Assembly: GCA_051294905.1 (NCBI GenBank)
Contig: CM119371.1
Span: forward strand, 17,112,001 to 17,176,000
Origin: Botryllus schlosseri
Lineage: Eukaryota
Direction: 5' to 3'
Length of the DNA: 64,000 nt
A program made the translations under genes and the position numbers. The notes beneath the pieces are model-generated. The model saw nothing but the letters and a program-made list of their open reading frames with translations. It searched no databases and had not been told where the DNA came from. Below, piece by piece: positions 57,801-64,000 of this stretch. Each line of letters begins with the position of its first letter. Positions within the stretch are counted from its first letter, which is position 1.

Positions 57801-60771
57801 AACTATATCATTACATGGAAATTGAGAAGGAATCTATATAAATACTTTTTGTAAATTCAACAGACGACGAGCAGTTCCAACTTTAAACAATTTCTGAAAG
57901 TCACCTTCGGTTAATGTCCCAAAAACACTTTCATCAATCTCATTTTCTGTTGAAAATAAAGGAAATGTATTTTAGCATCCCCGCAAACTTACAAAGGCCA
58001 ACTCTGTCCAATGTTTTTGGTCATAACATATTGCCGACCACGTATTTTATGGCTTATCTGTGGCCAAGGGTACTGAAAATCAGATATATTGCGGTATCCA
58101 ATATGGGATTCCTTCTGTACAGCAAAGGCATTCATTCTTGCACTGAAAAATAGCACTTCTAATTTGCAATATCGGCATATGATACATTCATTAACAAAAA
58201 ACAAATCAGTGATAAGGAAAAAACGTGGAAAGTCAAAGTCAGGTATATTATCGACAAACACATCTCCCAAACTGTAGCAGATATTACGATAACATGCACT
58301 TCTGGCCGATAAAATATGTTCACAATCGGAATTTGATATGTGGTTTTCAATCTCTGGTACGTCAGCTCTGGGAATTTCGGAGGTTTCATGAAGACTTATA
58401 ATCGGTTCCAAATAGTTATTCTTCTTTTCCCCTTTTTTGTCAATCATTTGAATACACATCCAACGTTGATGATAATAGCTCAAACTCAGGGCTAAATTTT
58501 TGAAATTATGCCATCTTTCTGATTTAAAAAAGCCATTCTTTGCTTCAAATCTCATTGCCCATTGCATCCGCAAGGGCCCAAACTGCCTCATCTGTTCTGG
58601 GAAGTGGATCAGATAGTGTAGTTTCGGAGTGAATGGCAAATCAGGGTACAGGCGTATGATTTCTACATTATGAACAGCAATCAGATATTTGAGATCAACG
58701 TAAGTTTCCTCAGACACTACAGTAGATACTGAGAGCTGAAGTATTTGAAGTAAACTTAGCAAATTCAACCAATGATCATTCATTTCAGACATATCTGGCC
58801 CAATAATGAAAGGCCGAGCTTGAAGCAATACAAGCATATTGGCAGCAGTTTGCGGAAAATTCGCAGTTGGTTGCAAGTGTTTTCTCTCTATCATTTGAGG
58901 TCGATCTTTACGGTCAGACTTACTATACTCAAAGTTCCGAAGCTGGCTGTTCAGTCGAGCAAGCGTCAATGTGCCATTTTCAATTTCATGTAGTAAAAAT
59001 GCCTTCAACTCCATTTTCACTATCCCCTCAAGCAATATGTGCATTGCATCATGGACCATACATTTGGTCACATCAAAATAAGGTATTTCTGATAAGAAAG
59101 TTCTCTCATTAACACCAAGTTCACGAGACATTGCGATTCGGTTTTGAGCACTCTCACATTGTTCAAGAGCCTGCAAACTATTTTCATGTTGGCCTTTGTT
59201 TCGAATTGGGCACTGCTCATGTGTATAATAAATCGAGAGATCTTGTTTAGCAACATTGCATGTGCGACATGGCTTAAAAGCTCCTCCAACACCTTCTTTG
59301 AAGCCAGCTAGTAGTTGAGCAGCCGGGGTGTCGCCAACACAAAACAGAAGGTAGCCATGTACTATTTTTGTTATACCTTTCACTGTGAGAGTAACACCTT
59401 TTGACATTTGCTGCATCGCGTCACAAAAATCCTTCAAAAGCGCATTACGACCAGAAAAGTCTTTCAAATCAATAGATTTTGCAATGCACAAGAGCTGGAT
59501 ACTACCAAGTTCACTACGGCATTCCGGCGGAATGTTCAGAAGGGACCAGTAAAAGGCAGACATTTTAATCTTTTTGCGATGAGCTCCGATAGGATTCACT
59601 ATTTCAAATTCATCATGATAAAGTGCAAACATGAGGCTATCAGCATTTTTAGTAATCCCTGCATGCGATTCGACATATTTTCCTTGTGTAACATCATTCA
59701 TTATGCCATTGGCACATAGCGTATGTGCCAATGGCTTGGTAATACTATTCAATAACGCTTCAAGCTGCTTCAGGAATGGAACAAAATAACCCAAGGCAGG
59801 TTTTTCAATCAACTTATACATTCCACAGGTAAATTCATTTGAGAACCGCATTCCTAAGACGATTTCTTCCGGATAGACTAGGCCAAAATGTTCTCGATAG
59901 AATTTGTTTCTTCCTGCTTTAGATTTCAATACTTCAGGTATCAATCCCTGTTCTCTCAATTGTTGGGATGTACAAGTGCCGCTATTGGTACTGATTGTTC
60001 TACCTACAAGAGGAAAACAATTAGCACTGTTATTTGACTGGATAATATCTTCGAGTCCGGCATCACTCAATTTATGTAATGTCTGAAGTCGCAGGAATAA
60101 AGCTGCTGTTGGTAAAATCGAAGATATTTCAGAACAAGGGCCATTGTTTGATTCCTCAGCATTTCTATTTTCACCATCGGAAGCAGGTAACATATCATAG
60201 TCAGGAGGAGTATATGCTTCACAGTGGAACAAGTCCGATGTCTTCACATTTTTATGTCTCCTTCGACAATGCCTACAGAGGTTCTCATATTTTGGAAAAA
60301 TTATGCCACAAATCCTGCATGATATGACCAGACTCGGATGTTGTGTATGGCGCCGCAATAAGTGTGAAGAGAGCGAATCAGCAGACCCAACAAAGGGGCA
60401 CAACCAACACTCTTTATTGGACATAAAATAGCGAAAATGTCATATAATTTGATAAATGAGTAGCCTGTAAAGCAAGATGCACATAACTTGGTCAAGAATT
60501 ATAGTTAGATCTCTAGGCATAAATCACAATTCCACCAACTTAGAGGATTAACTGATATTATGAAACTCAGTTTTGATACTACTGCAGGTTGGTGTAAAAG
60601 GCACTCTACTTATATTTCTCTCACTGCTTCTTGCTATTATAAGAACCCTCCTAACCACATAATCATAACATATCACATGTTGATATCCTTAAACGAATTA
60701 CCTTCAATTAAATCAATGTGTTCTCTCTTAATGCCGTTCGCAATCAAGAACCTCTCCATTCCTTCCGCCAT
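54880..60771 (-). CDS. SAM-domain accessory gene of the EnSpm/CACTA-type element (SAMD3-like), carrying lesions
   Basis: Phase-compatible exons: 60771-60702, 57946-57846, 57783-57634, 57574-57179, 57117-57006, 56949-56750, 56440-56348, 56155-56051, then less certain pieces at about 55227-55175 and 55000-54880. Exons 1+2 give MAEGMERFLIANGIKREHIDLIEENEIDESVFGTLTEGDFQKLFKVGTARRLLNLQK (SAM fold pattern). In-frame TAA at 57765-57763; the 3' end appears frameshifted. Confidence 0.78.
57989..60424 (-). CDS. EnSpm/CACTA-type (CMC superfamily) DDE transposase, 811 aa, intact ORF
   Basis: Two N-terminal C2H2 fingers (CWLC...HLLRRH; CRIC...HCRRRH), then YHDEFEIVNPIG, VGDTPAAQLLAGFKEG, CRTC, HDAMHILLEG and TPKLHYLIHFPEQMRQFGPLRMQWAMRFEAKNGFFK. 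These are motifs of animal EnSpm-like transposases. Terminal inverted repeats not found. Confidence 0.88.
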   Translation of the reverse strand: MSNKECWLCPFVGSADSLSSHLLRRHTQHPSLVISCRICGIIFPKYENLCRHCRRRHKNVKTSDLFHCEAYTPPDYDMLPASDGENRNAEESNNGPCSEISSILPTAALFLRLQTLHKLSDAGLEDIIQSNNSANCFPLVGRTISTNSGTCTSQQLREQGLIPEVLKSKAGRNKFYREHFGLVYPEEIVLGMRFSNEFTCGMYKLIEKPALGYFVPFLKQLEALLNSITKPLAHTLCANGIMNDVTQGKYVESHAGITKNADSLMFALYHDEFEIVNPIGAHRKKIKMSAFYWSLLNIPPECRSELGSIQLLCIAKSIDLKDFSGRNALLKDFCDAMQQMSKGVTLTVKGITKIVHGYLLFCVGDTPAAQLLAGFKEGVGGAFKPCRTCNVAKQDLSIYYTHEQCPIRNKGQHENSLQALEQCESAQNRIAMSRELGVNERTFLSEIPYFDVTKCMVHDAMHILLEGIVKMELKAFLLHEIENGTLTLARLNSQLRNFEYSKSDRKDRPQMIERKHLQPTANFPQTAANMLVLLQARPFIIGPDMSEMNDHWLNLLSLLQILQLSVSTVVSEETYVDLKYLIAVHNVEIIRLYPDLPFTPKLHYLIHFPEQMRQFGPLRMQWAMRFEAKNGFFKSERWHNFKNLALSLSYYHQRWMCIQMIDKKGEKKNNYLEPIISLHETSEIPRADVPEIENHISNSDCEHILSARSACYRNICYSLGDVFVDNIPDFDFPRFFLITDLFFVNECIICRYCKLEVLFFSARMNAFAVQKESHIGYRNISDFQYPWPQISHKIRGRQYVMTKNIGQSWPL

Positions 60772-60906
60772 TATGAAATCCGCGACAAGTTCAACTACAT
60801 CCGCAAAGCCACTGTACTGCGACTTACCGATCCATCTACTTATGCGGTGTATTGACCTTTGACCCTGACTGAGTTCCCGCCGTTACCGAGAGAGGTGAAG
60901 CGTAAA

Positions 60907-60927
60907 TGAGAGAGAGAGAGAGAGAGA
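60907..60927 (+). repeat. (GA)n microsatellite
   Basis: About 10 GA units just upstream of the putative first exon of the EnSpm-type transcript. Confidence 0.9.
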
Positions 60928-62801
60928 ATATATAGAGGTGTTTATTCAGTCAACAGTCAAAAGCAGAATGCACTGATAATAGCCATGCAGGTAACACTAA
61001 AAATTACTAACCAACGTATTTCAGAATTACATGGTAATGACAATGATTGATTGATTGATTAATTGCTATACTTCTGATTTGCTACGGCAAATAGTCAATA
61101 ATGAGGAAACGCAATATAATTGAAGCCATAGTCAAAGACAATCATGTGGTGGTAATGATTAATTTATTCTGTCAGTTTGGTAGGAAGATAAAATGATAAG
61201 AGAAACGTTCACGAAACCTGGTAAATGCAAGAAAGCCACACACTAAAATAATGGAGCGACAGTGATGATAAAGCAGTCCAATTAATGACTTCTGAGCAAT
61301 GTTCCCCCTTTGCTGCGCACGTGCACAATTGCGCAGAGTTACGCACACGTCACGGTTACGCACTGTTGTCTAATGGACCACGCAGTGAGTAGGTGAGCGC
61401 TTGCCGCAAACTCATCAAAAATTAGAGGGAACATTCCTTCTGAGCTATATGTAAACGGGGCTAAAAGCACGCATCACCCACACTAAAGTCGTTAATGCCG
61501 TTCAACATCTATTATGGAAATGCTGCATCACTTGAGTGGCTACATCTTACAGCTTATTTCTTCCCCTACAAATAACCCAGCGGGAGCAAACGGGCCCCAG
61601 GGTCATTGGCTTTACTGATGACGTCATGATCGGCACACGAATGTTGGCTGTATATACCCTGCCTTTGATGATCTGGTAATCCACCAGTGACATTATGATA
61701 AGTTTCAGAAAGCAGCGTTTCCAGCGTCGACCTCACAATCCCTTTCAACCTTACTGATCTCAAAACTCGTGCGGACCGGACTATTAAAATGTATGCGTAA
61801 ACTCTTTCATATTGACCAAAGCCGGTGACAGCTGATAAGATGCGAGCAGAAGCACATATTTCGAAACTTGTTCTGATGAAGTGTGGACTTGCACATATTA
61901 TGACACCACTGCGGTGAAAGATTTCGGTCGACTTTGTGTGTTTGTCCTATATTGCATCTGTGAATGCACAATTTTGTGTCTAAATTGACGCTTTCGACTT
62001 AGAGTGTATTATTCGTCGGAACAAATTATTCCAGAGCAGAAAATATTTACTCGAGTTTCCAAAATTTCATTATTTTCGAATTATTTCGGAGTGTCGCGTC
62101 GTATCTCAACGTAACTTCAGATATGTTAGGAGAGATAACTACCACATGCACACACAAAATATCAAGGCGATTTATCCACCCTACTAGCGGTGAGGTCGAT
62201 TGTTACATTGCCCCTAGTTACATTTGTCCCCGGTCTCCCCTATATATGATGAAAATGACTTGAGTTGAGTCGGTTCAAACGTTAAAATTAGAGAAGGATT
62301 TGTGACTTTGGACGCCGTGGGTTACTTAAGTCATGGACGCAACCAACTATCAAGCTTTCATGATGAATACTTTAAAGGAATATATTGTTGACGCCATTTT
62401 AAGATTCTGGCAATAGGGAGTGTTGTGAACCTTCCTTAATTCCCTGAAGTGAAAACCCGATAAGACCTTGGTGAGTCGTATGCTTGTCGTGTGAAGGAGA
62501 GATTAGATATACATACATGTTGCGATATTTGAGGCGTAATCTCTCATGGATACAATGTATATATGCGTGTAATGCAGTGGTTCCCAACCTGTGGTACGCT
62601 TACCACTAGTGGTACGCGAAGGTCTTCCAGGTGGTACGCGAGTAGATTCTGCTCTTTTCGACCGAAGGGAGTAGGCTAATTAGTTCAGGTGAGGTTGATT
62701 TTGAGATTTTTGAAGCCGTCGTCTCACGCCATCCCCAGCTGCTATTTTTCCCTTATACGTGGGAATGCGAGCAAGGAATTTCATCCCTGATGACTATCAA
62801 G

Positions 62802-63801
62802 CAGTGTTGGGATCAAGTCACTACCTTCGAGTCACGAGTCATTTCGAGTCATTGCACATTTTGACTCGAGTCAAGTCAAGTCAATCGATTTTCGAAGGTG
62901 ACTCGAGTCAAGTCAAGTCACTCGATTTTTGAAGGTGACTCGAGTCAAGTCGAGTCAAGTCAAGTCAAGTCACGAGTCAAGTGACTTGACTTGACTTGAC
63001 TCGACTTGACTCGAGTCAATTGCCTTTTCGAAGTATGAGGCATGATTACGTCATTGCATTTTGCTAGCTGTCTGATTAACATATTGATGTGGTCATTGAT
63101 TCTGAACCGATGAACGAATATAAAGTTGAATATACACGCAAGAATAGGCACTGTATCGCTCACATAGGCATATACGTAGACCTGTTCAACTACGTAAGTA
63201 ATTGCATATAGCCTCAGTTTATAGTTACCAGCCAAACTTGAAAAACGAATTGATAAGATGCAATACATTACTCATTTACATGTTGATATGATACCATTCG
63301 AGCCTACTCCAATGGTTGAGGAGTATATATAAACTATATTCGAATTCAATTTCAATAAAACAAGAGGTTTGGTTAAGGTATAAGAACAGAAAACAGAAAT
63401 GAATATTATGCTATTAAAATACCTCACAACTAGTTTACGACAACCTAAGCTGTGCGCTTCAATCACTACGTGTGTGCTCATTTTATTGATGTGAGACAAT
63501 GGTGGCTCAGTGAAACACACGATCATTGAGTGATTTGTCGCTCTCACGGGTTACACCAGCGTTTCGCGAACAATCCGAACATATGGAAGATATAGTGATT
63601 TTTATCGATACCGATTACTTGATGACTTGAAATTGACTCGTGAATTTTGCTCCGAGTCACGAGTCAATCCACATTTTTGTGCGCCGAGTCAAGTCAAGTC
63701 AAGTCATTTTTGCAAAGTGACTCGAGTCAAGTCAAGTCATACGAAAAAGGTGACTCGAGTCTGACTCGAGTCAAGTCATGACTCGAGTCATCCCAACACT
63801 G
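62802..63801 (+). mobile_element. 1000-bp non-autonomous hAT element, same family as 4781-6697
   Basis: CAGTGTTGGGAT...ATCCCAACACTG, perfect 8-bp TSD CTATCAAG, GACTCGAGTC/AAGTC subterminal arrays. Confidence 0.92.
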
Positions 63802-64000
63802 CTATCAAGTCGAAGAAACGAAACCGACTTGTTGCGCCCATACATCCATCGGAGAAAATTATTTGCCGGTAAAGAAATACCAATTTTTAATCATGTGCTT
63901 ACTTTATTCTAATAAATTTATGCGTTTCACGATCTTTTGACTATATAGCGGACAAGGGGTAACAAAATAACAACGTGTAACGAATAAATTGTACCAACGG

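Noticed and set aside
61255-61265. CAGTG as the right CACTA terminal inverted repeat
   Set aside because: No matching CACTG-led inverted sequence was found left of the SAM gene; element ends remain undefined.
61566-61763. 65-aa minus-strand ORF as an upstream exon of the EnSpm-type unit
   Set aside because: No recognisable motif or compatible splice donor, and the SAM gene already has a complete start at 60771.

Overview
AT-rich, transposon-dense animal genomic DNA with spliceosomal GT-AG introns. A marine invertebrate, possibly an ascidian, is my inference from composition and gene style only. (1) One long + strand host gene (about 16.3-42.8 kb) is an NLR-like protein: a NACHT NTPase exon, an LRR-like exon, six tandem two-exon modules (all phase 0-0, 89-94 aa for five of them and 86 aa for the first) and a terminal exon pair with a poly(A) signal. 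A second orphan phase-0 exon pair at 46.5 and 50.7 kb could be an alternative C-terminus. (2) A minus-strand EnSpm/CACTA-type (CMC) element at about 54.9-60.9 kb has an intact 811-aa transposase ORF lying wholly inside the first intron of a SAM-domain gene. Splice sites suggest both products come from one transcript via alternative 5' donors. A decayed, internally deleted relative with the same layout lies at about 3.2-7.75 kb. (3) A young non-autonomous LTR element (400-bp LTRs, single 605-aa ORF, no pol) sits in the modular terminal repeats of a foldback-like element. That element sits in a repeat with an inverted sister copy, and the pair brackets the last NLR module. (4) There are many hAT MITEs with 8-bp TSDs, TA-flanked MITEs, a tRNA-derived SINE, and Gypsy, RTE, Mutator and hAT fossils. 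All gene models were built by hand from splice-site and phase logic plus recalled family motifs; no database search was run.
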